A stretch of 64,000 nt of DNA from an uncultured Verrucomicrobiae bacterium (lineage in GTDB: Bacteria; Verrucomicrobiota; Verrucomicrobiia; Limisphaerales; Palsa-1400): assembly GCA_963707025.1 (NCBI GenBank), contig CAVPOM010000006.1, forward strand, positions 563,369-627,368. Direction: 5' to 3'. This document shows, in pieces, positions 10,031-18,736 of this stretch. How positions within the stretch are numbered: position 1 is the first letter of the stretch; every line of letters starts with the position of its first letter. Below the pieces are notes generated by a model, which was not told where the DNA came from, made no database searches, and saw only the letters and a list, made by a program, of their open reading frames with translations. The position numbers and the translations under genes were made by a program.

Positions 10031-10151
10031 GAGACCTCTGCAAAACGCGCGTCCACGATTGTAGCGGCGGTCTATGACCGCCGCAAACCAGGGGAAATAA
10101 CGCCACGGCGACGGTCATAGACCGCCGCTACAGGCGGTTTGCAGAGGTCTC
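10031..10151. mobile_element. MITE-like element with terminal inverted repeats enclosing a GTAG-type REP pair (copy 1)
   Basis: GAGACCTCTGCAAA...TTTGCAGAGGTCTC ends; inner TGTAGCGGCGGTCTATGACCG...CGGTCATAGACCGCCGCTACA; AATAT direct repeat on both sides (10026-10030, 10152-10156). Confidence 0.8.
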
Positions 10152-10164
10152 AATATACGAAAAC

Positions 10165-10302
10165 ATGAAACGCCAGTATCAACCGTCGAAAATCCGGCGC
10201 AAACGCCAGCACGGCTTTTTGAATCGCAACTCCAAAAAAAGCGGGCGCGCCATTTTGGCCAATCGCCGCCGGGTCGGCCGCAAACGCCTCACCCCCGTTT
10301 AA
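10165..10302 (+). CDS. rpmH: 50S ribosomal protein L34 (not in the ORF track)
   Basis: [45 protein letters not shown], 45 aa, directly upstream of rnpA. Confidence 0.97.
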   Translation: MKRQYQPSKIRRKRQHGFLNRNSKKSGRAILANRRRVGRKRLTPV

Positions 10303-10308
10303 CCCGCC

Positions 10309-10680
10309 ATGCCTGGCGACTCTCCCGCCCCCTTGGGCTTCCCGCGTTCCAGCCGCTTGAAGCGGCCAGGCGAATTTGCGCGCGCGCGCGCGCAAGGCCG
10401 GCGCCTGATTTGCGGCTGCCTGATTGCCAATGTCCTGCCGCGCCCCGGCCGGCTGGCGGCGCGGCTCGGCGTGGTGACGGCCAAGACGGTGGGCAACGCG
10501 GTGGCGCGCAACCGGGCGCGGCGGCTGCTGCGCGAGAGCTTCCGCCTGCACCAGCACGAACTGGCCGGGCCGGTGGATTTGGTGCTGGTGGCCCGCCCGT
10601 CCATCGCGGGCAAGAAGCTGGCGGAGGTGGAACGCGATTTTTTGCGCGTCCTGCGGCAGGCCGGGATCGGAGGCCCATGA
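10309..10680 (+). CDS. rnpA: Ribonuclease P protein component
   Basis: [28 protein letters not shown] (RNR motif); operon position. Confidence 0.95.
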   Translation: MPGDSPAPLGFPRSSRLKRPGEFARARAQGRRLICGCLIANVLPRPGRLAARLGVVTAKTVGNAVARNRARRLLRESFRLHQHELAGPVDLVLVARPSIAGKKLAEVERDFLRVLRQAGIGGP

Positions 10681-11048
10681 ACATCGGACAACGGATTTTG
10701 ATTTTGCTGATTCGCGGTTATCAGGCGGTCCTTTCGCCGGCCCTGGCGGTTTTTTTCGGCCCGGCGGCGCGGTGCCGTTACACGCCCTCCTGCTCGCACT
10801 ACGCCCGCGAGGCGATCAGCCGGCACGGCGTCCTGGCGGGTGGGGTGTTGGCAGCCAGGAGACTTTGCCGCTGCCACCCGTGGGGAGCGTCGGGCGATGA
10901 TCCCGTGCCGTCTTCCCCTCTTAATCTTAATCCTAATCCTAATCTTAATCTCCGTACAACTGCACCAGGATTGGGATTAAGAGGATTAAGATTAAGATTA
11001 AGATTAGGATTAAGAGCGAACCCAAATCACCCCGGGCATGGACCGTAA
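10677..11048 (+). CDS. yidD: Membrane protein insertion efficiency factor YidD with a repeat-derived C-terminal tail
   Basis: [19 protein letters not shown] and [16 protein letters not shown] motifs. Confidence 0.93.
   Translation: MNIGQRILILLIRGYQAVLSPALAVFFGPAARCRYTPSCSHYAREAISRHGVLAGGVLAARRLCRCHPWGASGDDPVPSSPLNLNPNPNLNLRTTAPGLGLRGLRLRLRLGLRANPNHPGHGP
10918..11016. repeat. Inverted pair of TAATCY hexamer tandem arrays (hairpin) inside the yidD 3' end
   Basis: cttaatcttaatcctaatcctaatcttaatct ... ggattaagattaagattaagattaggattaagag. Confidence 0.85.
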
Positions 11049-13239
11049 ATCACTTCTCATTTTAGTCGTCGCGGTGGCGGTGTTGTTCATGCTCTCGGGG
11101 CTGATCAATCATTTATTTCCGCCCCTCCAGGTGCCGGTCACGCCACTGGCCGCCTGGACAAATCAAACTGCCAATCCGCAAATGGCGCAGGGCGCCGGCA
11201 CCAACCTCCCGGTTCCAACTCCGGGAGCGGCCGCAAACCCGCTGCCCGCCGCCGTCTCCAATCCTTCGCTGCCCGAGGTAACGCTGGCCGTTTCCAATCA
11301 GGATTTGATCTTTCATTTCACCTCGCGCGGCGGCGGGTTGAAGGAAATTGCCTTGCGCAATACCAATTATCCGGCGGTGGTCCACAGCCGGCTGCCGGCG
11401 CAGGATGAACGCAATTTTGCCACTTTGAATTCCGGACTCGCGAGTTTTTCCGCGGATGACATCACCGATTTGGGAAGGCTCATGGAGCGATTAAGGCGGC
11501 AGTCCGATCCAGTCTCCTCTTTTGTGTGGCAGAGATTGTCACCTCAGGAGCAATCATTTCTGATGAGCTATCAGCCTTCGGCGCCAACTGCGGCGCAAGC
11601 TCCCAGTATGGTGGCTCAAGGTCTTAACAGAATAATGGCGGAACCATGCATTTACGAAGTCGAACTGTTTAAAGGGATCCCATTGCGATCTGAAACCAAG
11701 GCCCTGATGCAGCAAAATCCGGCCGGCCCCAAGTTGGCCCACCTCAACCGCCTGCTCCTCGAAGACGCTTTTTCAGTGGAATTGTCCAGGAACCTGAACT
11801 CAAGCGCCCCGGTTCCAATTCTGGCCATGCTCGGTGATAATGCCCTGGGCGACGATAACTTCACCCTCAGCCAGCCATCCAACAACCTCGTTCGCGCCGA
11901 GAAGACGCTGACCAATGGCCTGCGGGTGGTGAAGGAATTTGCGGTGGGCTACTCGGGCACCAATTATCTGTTCACCGCCAACATCCGGCTGGAAAACAAT
12001 TCTTCGTCCACGTTGCAAATCCCGCGGCGCGAGGTGGTGGTGGGCACGGCCACGGCCATCGGGCCGCTGGACGATGTGACGACCCTGGGCGCCATGTGGT
12101 ACAACGGCGACAAATCAACCGACATCGGAGCCGGCTGGTTTGCCAACGGGATGCTGGGCTGCGTCGAGGGAAAAACGCCCCCGACGATTTATGAAGGCGG
12201 CGCCAGCAACGTTGTCTGGGCCGCCATGCACAGCCAATACTTCGCCCTGGCCGCCATCCCCTCCCGGCCTGCTCCCGGCATTGTCATTCGCAACCCCAGC
12301 CTCTCGCCCCCTGACACCAACGGTATGGCCGGCGGCCAGCGGCTCACGATTACCAACGATTACAAAGGCTACCAAGCCTCTTTGGTTTATCCCGCCACAC
12401 ACCTGGACCCGCACCAGTCGCTGACCAATACTTTTACCTTTTACGCGGGGCCCAAGGAATACAACGGCCTGGCCAAAATTGGCCATTTCATGGGAAACAA
12501 CCTGGATCTGGTCATGGGCTTCACCAGCTTTCTGGGTTTGTTTTCATTCTGCTCCAAGTTCCTGCTCATTTGGATGAACGGCCTCCATGATCTGGGGCTG
12601 ACCTACGGTCTGGCCATCATCGCCATCACGGTGATTATCAAATTGGTTTTCTGGCCCTTGACCGCGGCCAGCACCCGCTCGCAAAAGCGGCAGCAGGCCA
12701 TCGCGCCGCAACTCAAGGCCATCGCGGAAAAATACAAGGAGGATCCGCTCAAGAAGCACCAGAAGACGACCGAACTGCTCAAAGAGCACAAGATCAATCC
12801 GCTGGGCAGTTGCCTGCCGGTGCTCATTACCATCCCGGTGTTCTTCGGATTTTATTCCATGCTGCGCAACGCCATTGAACTGCGCGGCGTCCCCTTTCTC
12901 TGGGCGCCGGATCTGACCCGGCCCGACACGGTTTTCATCATCCACGCCTTCCACAACTTTCCCATCAACCCGCTGCCGCTGCTGATGGGCGCCAGCCAGC
13001 TTTGGCAGTCGCATTTGACGCCGCCCTCGCCCGGCATGGATCCGGGCCAGCAGAAAATCATGCGCTGGATGCCGTTGCTCTTCGTCGGCATTTTTTACAG
13101 CATGTCCTCCGGTTTGAACCTCTATTACACGGTGTCAAACCTGTTGACCATTGCCCAAACCAAGATCACGAAAATGGGCCCCGATCCCGCCGCCAGCCCG
13201 GCCAAACTCCCGGCCCCGGCGCCCCAGAAAAAGAAGTAG
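11038..13239 (+). CDS. yidC: Membrane protein insertase YidC carrying a 123-aa in-frame insertion
   Basis: N-terminal TM, periplasmic domain, [46 protein letters not shown] and GLNLYY.VSNL motifs; operon position. Confidence 0.95.
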   Translation: MDRKSLLILVVAVAVLFMLSGLINHLFPPLQVPVTPLAAWTNQTANPQMAQGAGTNLPVPTPGAAANPLPAAVSNPSLPEVTLAVSNQDLIFHFTSRGGGLKEIALRNTNYPAVVHSRLPAQDERNFATLNSGLASFSADDITDLGRLMERLRRQSDPVSSFVWQRLSPQEQSFLMSYQPSAPTAAQAPSMVAQGLNRIMAEPCIYEVELFKGIPLRSETKALMQQNPAGPKLAHLNRLLLEDAFSVELSRNLNSSAPVPILAMLGDNALGDDNFTLSQPSNNLVRAEKTLTNGLRVVKEFAVGYSGTNYLFTANIRLENNSSSTLQIPRREVVVGTATAIGPLDDVTTLGAMWYNGDKSTDIGAGWFANGMLGCVEGKTPPTIYEGGASNVVWAAMHSQYFALAAIPSRPAPGIVIRNPSLSPPDTNGMAGGQRLTITNDYKGYQASLVYPATHLDPHQSLTNTFTFYAGPKEYNGLAKIGHFMGNNLDLVMGFTSFLGLFSFCSKFLLIWMNGLHDLGLTYGLAIIAITVIIKLVFWPLTAASTRSQKRQQAIAPQLKAIAEKYKEDPLKKHQKTTELLKEHKINPLGSCLPVLITIPVFFGFYSMLRNAIELRGVPFLWAPDLTRPDTVFIIHAFHNFPINPLPLLMGASQLWQSHLTPPSPGMDPGQQKIMRWMPLLFVGIFYSMSSGLNLYYTVSNLLTIAQTKITKMGPDPAASPAKLPAPAPQKKK
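11434..11802 (+). other. In-frame inserted ~123-aa domain in the YidC periplasmic domain
   Basis: Bounded by a duplicated LNS (11425-11433 and 11794-11802); A/T-rich codons; homologous to the mgtA insertion. Confidence 0.85.
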
Positions 13240-13311
13240 CCAAACCGGGCGGCTCATTTATACTGTGCCCGGTGCCGACTTATTGAACGATCTGAACGCA
13301 TTGCACGACCT

Positions 13312-13761
13312 ATGGCCGCCCAACCCAAAGAAACGCTCACCCAACTCCTCAAACTCCTCGGTTTCGAGGCCACGGTGGAGGAGCATCCTCTGGACGACGG
13401 CCTCTTTCTCGATGTCAAAACCGACGATTCCGGCCGCTTGATTGGCCGGCAGGGCCAGACCCTTTCCGACCTGCAATACTTGACCAACCGCCTGCTCTTC
13501 CATCAGGACCAGACGGTGCCCAAGGTCATGCTGGACGTGGGCGACTACCGGGCCAAAGCCCGCGACACGCTGGTGCAAAAGGCCCTGGCCGCCGCCGAGA
13601 AAGTCCGGCGCTGGGGCGACGTGGTGGAATTGGAGCCGATGAGCGCCTTTGACCGGCGCATTATTTACAGCGCGTTGAAGGAAAGCCCCGGCATCGAAGC
13701 CGCCAGCGTCGAGGTCGAAGGCACCAACAAAAAGGCCATCCTCCTCCGCCCCAAACATTAG
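13312..13761 (+). CDS. jag: Jag/KhpB (EloR)-like RNA-binding protein with KH and R3H domains, short form
   Basis: GRLIGRQGQTLSDLQYL (KH) and LEPMSAFDRRII (R3H); follows yidC. Confidence 0.88.
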   Translation: MAAQPKETLTQLLKLLGFEATVEEHPLDDGLFLDVKTDDSGRLIGRQGQTLSDLQYLTNRLLFHQDQTVPKVMLDVGDYRAKARDTLVQKALAAAEKVRRWGDVVELEPMSAFDRRIIYSALKESPGIEAASVEVEGTNKKAILLRPKH

Positions 13762-14714
13762 TCGGTCCTGCGATATTTGGGCAATTTGTCCGCGTCCGGC
13801 GCGACCTGTTTCAGGTTGGGCGTGATGTCGGCGTTGACCTTGTGGACCGTCCAGTTGATGCCGCCGAGGAGAATTTGCTGAAATACCGGGTTCTTCCAGA
13901 TATCATCGCGATGCCCCATGCTGGTGTAAAACACGCGCCCCTTGCCGTAAAGATGCGCCCAAGTGGCCGGATAGTTCGGCCGGTCGTAGCAGTAGTCCCC
14001 GCCTGTCTTCTTGCTCATGGAGGCTGTGTCCTGCACCAGGAGCACATGCAAATCCGGCGCAAAATTCTTCAACGTGTACCATTCCTCGTTCGGGCCAAAA
14101 TCGGCCGGGACGGCCTGCATTCCCGGAAACTTGGGGTCCTCGGCAATCATGCGGGCTTTTTGCTGGCTGGCGTGGATGATGAACTCCCCGCCGATCATCG
14201 CGATGTACGGATCCACGTTGGTGCCGTCGTTCTGAAAGCGCGCCGCGCCGCCATCCCGGTTGCCCGGCGAGTGGAACGTGTCCGTGGCGCTATGGATGCC
14301 GACAAATCCCTTGCCCTGGCGGATGGCCGCCAGGAAGGCCTCTTTGCCCTCGCGCGTCATCGGCGGTTGGTGATCGGTGCCGCTGGTGGTCAAATCGCCC
14401 GTCGTATAAAAGACGAACCCATCATATTGGGCGATGTTCTCCGCCGTCATCAGCCGCCCGTCCTTGGTGAAGTCGAAATCCAGGTTGTTGGTCTCGCCCA
14501 TCTTTTTGAGCGTCTCTTCCCCCAGACTCAAGTTGGTCCCCGTCCGCTTTATGGCGTCGTGCTCATAGTTGGACGACTTTGTGAAAACCAGAATCTTCTT
14601 GGGGCGCTTCGGCTGCGCCGAGGCGCAACCTGTCCAAGTCAGCGCGGCGGCCAGGCCGGCCAGCGCCAGGGTGAAAATGCTCATAATGGGAAGGCTGCTT
14701 TGGCGTAGATTCAT
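13758..14714 (-). CDS. Exported ThuA-like (class I glutamine amidotransferase-like fold) protein
   Basis: Signal peptide; ILVFTKS..YEH, GKGFVGIHSATDT, EEWY and YGKGRVFYTSMGHRDDIW motifs. Confidence 0.85.
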   Translation of the reverse strand: MNLRQSSLPIMSIFTLALAGLAAALTWTGCASAQPKRPKKILVFTKSSNYEHDAIKRTGTNLSLGEETLKKMGETNNLDFDFTKDGRLMTAENIAQYDGFVFYTTGDLTTSGTDHQPPMTREGKEAFLAAIRQGKGFVGIHSATDTFHSPGNRDGGAARFQNDGTNVDPYIAMIGGEFIIHASQQKARMIAEDPKFPGMQAVPADFGPNEEWYTLKNFAPDLHVLLVQDTASMSKKTGGDYCYDRPNYPATWAHLYGKGRVFYTSMGHRDDIWKNPVFQQILLGGINWTVHKVNADITPNLKQVAPDADKLPKYRRTD

Positions 14715-14970
14715 GCGGCCATTCTCTACCAAAGATTCCCGCCGTCAATCTCCTTCTGGCCAGCGCCCCAGGGCGGGGGCATTTGGGTTTCTGGGTGCGA
14801 GACAAACTCCATCCTTGAAAGCCGTCGTGCAGGGAGAATCAGGGCATTTAGTACATAGGCTTCGCCTACACAGCCGCGTCGTGCGGCTTTCTCCTGAAGG
14901 CACGAACAAGCACGGGAGGAAAACGTTAGGATGTGGCGAACCCAAAACCCAGGTTACTGGAAAAGTCCGA

Positions 14971-15122
14971 CCTCACCCCGGCCCTCTCTCCTCCCGGAGA
15001 GGGTGAAACATCGGCCGTCCTGGCCAAAGGCCAGCGCCGGGAATTGCCGGACTCGCCTGTGCGCAAGCCGAGCCGGGCGATGTCGGTTCCTTCTCCCAGG
15101 GGGAGAAGGTCAGGATGAGGGC
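14971..15122. repeat. Pair of inverted CCTCACCCCGGCCCTCTC-type REP-like palindromes
   Basis: cctcaccccggccctctctcctcccggagagggtg ... ccttctcccagggggagaaggtcaggatgaggg. Confidence 0.65.
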
Positions 15123-15212
15123 GAGCCACCAAGAATTTTGTCTCACACCTCGGTTTCTCTCTCCGGCAGCTTGGGGCTGGACGCCGGGGGAATTATCCCC
15201 TAGGCTGGGAGC

Positions 15213-15488
15213 ATGGCGAAAGTCAAAGGCGCGGAGAGCGCCGGTGAGGACATGCAGAAACTGCCGTTTGAAGAGGCGCTGAAAAGGCTCGAAGTGATTG
15301 TCGAGGCGATGGAGGCGCAGGATCTGCCCTTGGAATCGCTCCTGGCGCGCTATCAGGAAGGCACGGCGCTGGCCCAGCTCTGCCAGGCCAGATTGAACGA
15401 GGCAGAGTTGAAAATTCAGCAGTTGGAAAAAAGCGGCAAGGGGGAATTGACCCTCAAACCAGCCGCCAACCCGGAGGTGCAATCATGA
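15213..15488 (+). CDS. xseB: Exodeoxyribonuclease VII small subunit
   Basis: FEEALKRLEVIVEAME..DLPLE..LARYQEG..L...CQ..L..AELKI; precedes dxs. Confidence 0.95.
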   Translation: MAKVKGAESAGEDMQKLPFEEALKRLEVIVEAMEAQDLPLESLLARYQEGTALAQLCQARLNEAELKIQQLEKSGKGELTLKPAANPEVQS

Positions 15489-17470
15489 GCCGTTATCTGG
15501 ATATGGTGGATGACCCTTCCCATGTGAAGAAACTCACCTTCGATCAGTTGCAGCAGTTGGCCGAGGAAATCCGCCACGAGTTGATCACCAAACTGGCCGT
15601 CCACGGCGGGCATGTCGGGCCGAACCTGGGGGTGGTGGAGTTGACCCTCGCCCTGCACACCGTCTTCTCCACCCCGCAAGACAAATTGGTCTGGGATGTG
15701 AGCCACCAAAGTTATGTCCACAAGTTGCTGACCGGGCGGAAGAACCGCTTTCATACCATCCGCACGACCAACGGCCTGAACGGCTTTGCCCTGCGCACGG
15801 AAAGCCCCCACGATTGTTACGGGGCGGGCCACGCCGGCACGGCCTTGTCCGCCGCCCTGGGCATGTGCGCGGCGCGCGATCAACGCGGCACGGATGAAAA
15901 CGTGGTCTGCATTTTTGGGGACGCGGCCCTGACCAACGGCATCTCCTATGAAGCGCTCAATAACATCGCCCACACCACCAAACGCTTCATCGGCATCCTC
16001 AACGACAACGAATGGAGCATCGCCAAAAACGTGGGCGCCATTTCCACCTATCTCAACAAGCTCATCACCAATCCGCGTTACAACCAGTTGCAAAAGGACC
16101 TGGAGCGGTTGATGAAACGCATGCCCAAAGGGGAGCTGGCCATCAAGCTCGGCCACAAAGCGGAGGAAATGATCAAAGGCGCCGTGGCCGAGGCCGCTTT
16201 GCGCCAGAATACACCGAACCCGGGCAGCGACGGGCGCGGCGGACACGGCAGCAGCTTGATTTTCGAGGAACTGGGCCTGCGCTACCTGGGACCCATTGAC
16301 GGGCACAACCTGCCCATGCTCTTAAGCTCGCTGGAGTTCGCCAAACATTGCAGCGTGCCGGTGGTGCTCCACGTCCTGACCACCAAGGGCAAAGGTTACG
16401 AGGCGGCGCTGAAGTTTCCGGAGAAATTTCACGGCCTGGGCCCGTATGACCCGCTGACAGGCGCAACCCCCTCTTCCCAACCGGGTGCGCCTCCCGCCTA
16501 TCAGGAGATTTTCGGCCAAACCATGATCAAGCTTTGCCAGAAGGACAACTCGGTCGTGGGCATCACAGCGGCCATGCCCACCGGCACCGGTCTGAAGGCG
16601 CTGGAAAGAGCCATGCCGGAACGCTATTATGACGTCGGCATCGCCGAGGAACATGCGGTGCTGTTCGCGGCCGGCATGGCCACGATGGGCTTTCACCCCG
16701 TCTGCGCCATTTACTCCACCTTTCTCCAGCGCGCCTACGACTGCATCATCCACGACGTGGCCTTGCAGGATTTGCCCGTGATCTTCTGCATGGACCGGGC
16801 GGGCCTCTCCGCCAACGACGGGCCTACCCACCACGGGTTGTTCGACATCGCCTATTTGCGCTGCGTGCCCAACCTCATCGCCATGGCCCCCAAGGATGAA
16901 GACGAACTGGCCGACATGATGTTCACCGCCACCCACCAGAAACATCCCGCCTTCATCCGCTATCCGCGCGGCCCCGGCGAAGGGGTCGTGGTCAAGGAGC
17001 AGCCCAAAATCCTGGAAATCGGCAAGGCGGAAGTCACCCGGAACTTTTCGGGCAAGCCCGGGCCAAAAGCGGCCTTGTTCGGGCTGGGCAACCTCCATTC
17101 CCTGGCCTTGCAGACGGCGGACCAACTCTCGGCGGAAGGCTGGGACTGCGCCGTGATCAACCCGCGCTTCACCAAGCCGCTGGATGCCGGCGTGACGGAG
17201 TTTTTCGGGCGGGCGGCGGAAGTGGTGCTGACCTTTGAAGACCATGTTTTGTCGGGCGGCTACGGCTCCAGCGTGATGGAATTGTTCAACGAAAAACGGA
17301 TCACCACCCCCTTGGTTTGCATCGGCTGGCCGGACCAGTTCATCGAGCACGCCAGTTCGGTGGATTACCTCCGCGAAAAACACGGCCTGACCGCGGCCAG
17401 CGCCGTGGCCCAGGTCAGGGAGCTGTTCGCCAAACCCGGGCAAGCCATCCCGCGCGCCGTGCAAATCTGA
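15485..17470 (+). CDS. dxs: 1-deoxy-D-xylulose-5-phosphate synthase
   Basis: GGHVGPNLGVVELT, WDVSHQSYVHK, GDAAL..G...EALNN, DVGIAEEHAV and DGPTHHG motifs. Confidence 0.97.
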   Translation: MSRYLDMVDDPSHVKKLTFDQLQQLAEEIRHELITKLAVHGGHVGPNLGVVELTLALHTVFSTPQDKLVWDVSHQSYVHKLLTGRKNRFHTIRTTNGLNGFALRTESPHDCYGAGHAGTALSAALGMCAARDQRGTDENVVCIFGDAALTNGISYEALNNIAHTTKRFIGILNDNEWSIAKNVGAISTYLNKLITNPRYNQLQKDLERLMKRMPKGELAIKLGHKAEEMIKGAVAEAALRQNTPNPGSDGRGGHGSSLIFEELGLRYLGPIDGHNLPMLLSSLEFAKHCSVPVVLHVLTTKGKGYEAALKFPEKFHGLGPYDPLTGATPSSQPGAPPAYQEIFGQTMIKLCQKDNSVVGITAAMPTGTGLKALERAMPERYYDVGIAEEHAVLFAAGMATMGFHPVCAIYSTFLQRAYDCIIHDVALQDLPVIFCMDRAGLSANDGPTHHGLFDIAYLRCVPNLIAMAPKDEDELADMMFTATHQKHPAFIRYPRGPGEGVVVKEQPKILEIGKAEVTRNFSGKPGPKAALFGLGNLHSLALQTADQLSAEGWDCAVINPRFTKPLDAGVTEFFGRAAEVVLTFEDHVLSGGYGSSVMELFNEKRITTPLVCIGWPDQFIEHASSVDYLREKHGLTAASAVAQVRELFAKPGQAIPRAVQI

Positions 17471-17564
17471 TGGCCCGCAGCGGCGGACAATGACCGCCGC
17501 AAAGCAAAAAGCGGTTCCTCTGAACAGGAGGGCGCAGAGCAAACGGAGCACAAGGGCCAATTAC

Positions 17565-17696
17565 TTACGGCTCTACGACTTCCAAGCGGCGAATATGCCG
17601 GAATTCCGTGGCGTTTAATGTAGCCAAGGCCCAGCGCCGATTGAAACGATTCCGTTCGTCAGCGATCAGCAGCGAACTGTCGAGAATCAGCCCCAC
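17565..17696 (-). pseudogene. Internally deleted PIN-domain (VapC-like) toxin remnant
   Basis: VGLILDSSLLIADERNRFN fused directly to WALATLNATEFRHIRRLEVVEP: the PIN N- and C-terminal motifs with the middle missing (43 aa). Confidence 0.7.
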
Positions 17697-17805
17697 GGAT
17701 TCTTGAGGGGTTTGAGAGCTTTGCGGCCTTTGCGGACGGCGGCGGCGAGATCACGCCTGTCCTGCATGCTGAGTCCGGCGTCGGCCAGGTCAGCGGCAAA
17801 TTCAT
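17688..17805 (-). pseudogene. C-terminal remnant of an antitoxin overlapping the VapC start
   Basis: HEFAADLADAGLSMQDRRDLAAAVRKGRKALKPLKNPWG*, whose stop overlaps the toxin GTG start; no N-terminal part. Confidence 0.5.
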
Positions 17806-17816
17806 GACTGTTGCAC

Positions 17817-17993
17817 TTAGTCGCCGAGACGAATTCGATAAGCGTGTTGCGACCCGCTCAATTTTTCCACGCCATGAGGAAAAGGGTTTTCCGCCAGATT
17901 TTCAACGGTCTGGACAATCCGCTCCTCGGCGCTTGCGGGCAATTTGCGGAGGTCCTTGCGCGTGGATTTCTTCCACTCAATGCGAAAGGGCAT
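17817..17993 (-). pseudogene. Truncated RelE/ParE-family toxin
   Basis: MPFRIEWKKSTRKDLRKLP...LAENPFPHGVEKLSGSQHAYRIRLGD* stops exactly where RelE continues with YR(V/I)(V/I)Y. Confidence 0.8.
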
Positions 17994-18168
17994 GGCGTTT
18001 CAGCCCTTTCTTGAACTCGGCGTGAGGAATGGTTTCTTCCCCACGCCGTTCCGCAATGACGGCCAGGTCGTCCAAGTCTTCCAACAGCTTTTCGTAATCG
18101 TCAATGTCCAGAACAACGGCGGTTTTCCGCCCCTTTTCATTGGTCAGAAATTGAACTGTTGCGCTCAT
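17977..18168 (-). CDS. Antitoxin paired with the RelE remnant
   Basis: 63 aa, QFLTNEKGRKTAVVLDIDDYEKLLEDLDDL..IAERRGEETIP; overlaps the toxin start. Confidence 0.75.
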   Translation of the reverse strand: MSATVQFLTNEKGRKTAVVLDIDDYEKLLEDLDDLAVIAERRGEETIPHAEFKKGLKRHALSH

Positions 18169-18234
18169 GTTGGTACATTAGCTTCCGGGCGTGTTAAATT
18201 CAAATGCAATCGGTCAAAGGGAGCGAGAGGGAAT

Positions 18235-18648
18235 TCAATACTCCTCGCTCATCTGCTGGCCGCCGTGCTCGGGGTTGGGGATGAGCTTGCGGTGCTTGGA
18301 GTCCACCACAAAATCCAGATATTCCAGGGGAATCTGTCCGAGCAGGTTGGGCACATTCTCACCGACGCCCACCACGTCGAAGTTCCCGTAACGACCCTGC
18401 ACCTCCAGCCGAACCGGTTCATAAACCGCGCGCTTCGCCGGCCCATTGCTGGTTTGGAAAATCATGGTGTCCAACTTTTCCAAACCGAGAGCACGGATGA
18501 CGCTGGGTTTGAGATAGAGGCGGGTGGCGCCGGTGTCCACCAACGCTTCGACTTCCACCTCGCGGGGTTTCGCCGTGGAAAGCTTGCGATGCCGCGCACC
18601 CAAGTCGAACAGGTTGGTCAGCTTGATCTTGATGGTGACTTTTCCCAT
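18235..18648 (-). CDS. Clan AA (retropepsin-like) aspartic protease
   Basis: ALVDTGAT catalytic motif; NLLGQIPLE.LD.VVD...LIPNPEHGG. Confidence 0.85.
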   Translation of the reverse strand: MGKVTIKIKLTNLFDLGARHRKLSTAKPREVEVEALVDTGATRLYLKPSVIRALGLEKLDTMIFQTSNGPAKRAVYEPVRLEVQGRYGNFDVVGVGENVPNLLGQIPLEYLDFVVDSKHRKLIPNPEHGGQQMSEEY

Positions 18649-18736
18649 GAGCCCATGGTACCCGATCTCCGCAGGCGGCGCAAGCTCACAAGGGAGGCTC
18701 GGACACATTGAAATGACCCATTCCAGGCTTTTTTGA

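Noticed and set aside
9900-10165. oriC or dnaA next to rpmH; Mg2+ riboswitch or mgtL leader before mgtA
   Set aside because: The divergent gene is mgtA, no DnaA-box cluster is visible, and the short intergenic region shows no M-box or Pro-rich leader I can support.
8625-11802. Inteins as the explanation for the MgtA and YidC inserts
   Set aside because: No Hint-block motifs and no shared terminal His-Asn followed by Cys/Ser/Thr; the inserts look helical and lie in variable loops, not conserved active sites.
16190-16260. Short extra segment in Dxs (ALRQNTPNPGSDGRGGHG)
   Set aside because: It lies in the known variable linker of Dxs and is unrelated to the MgtA/YidC module.
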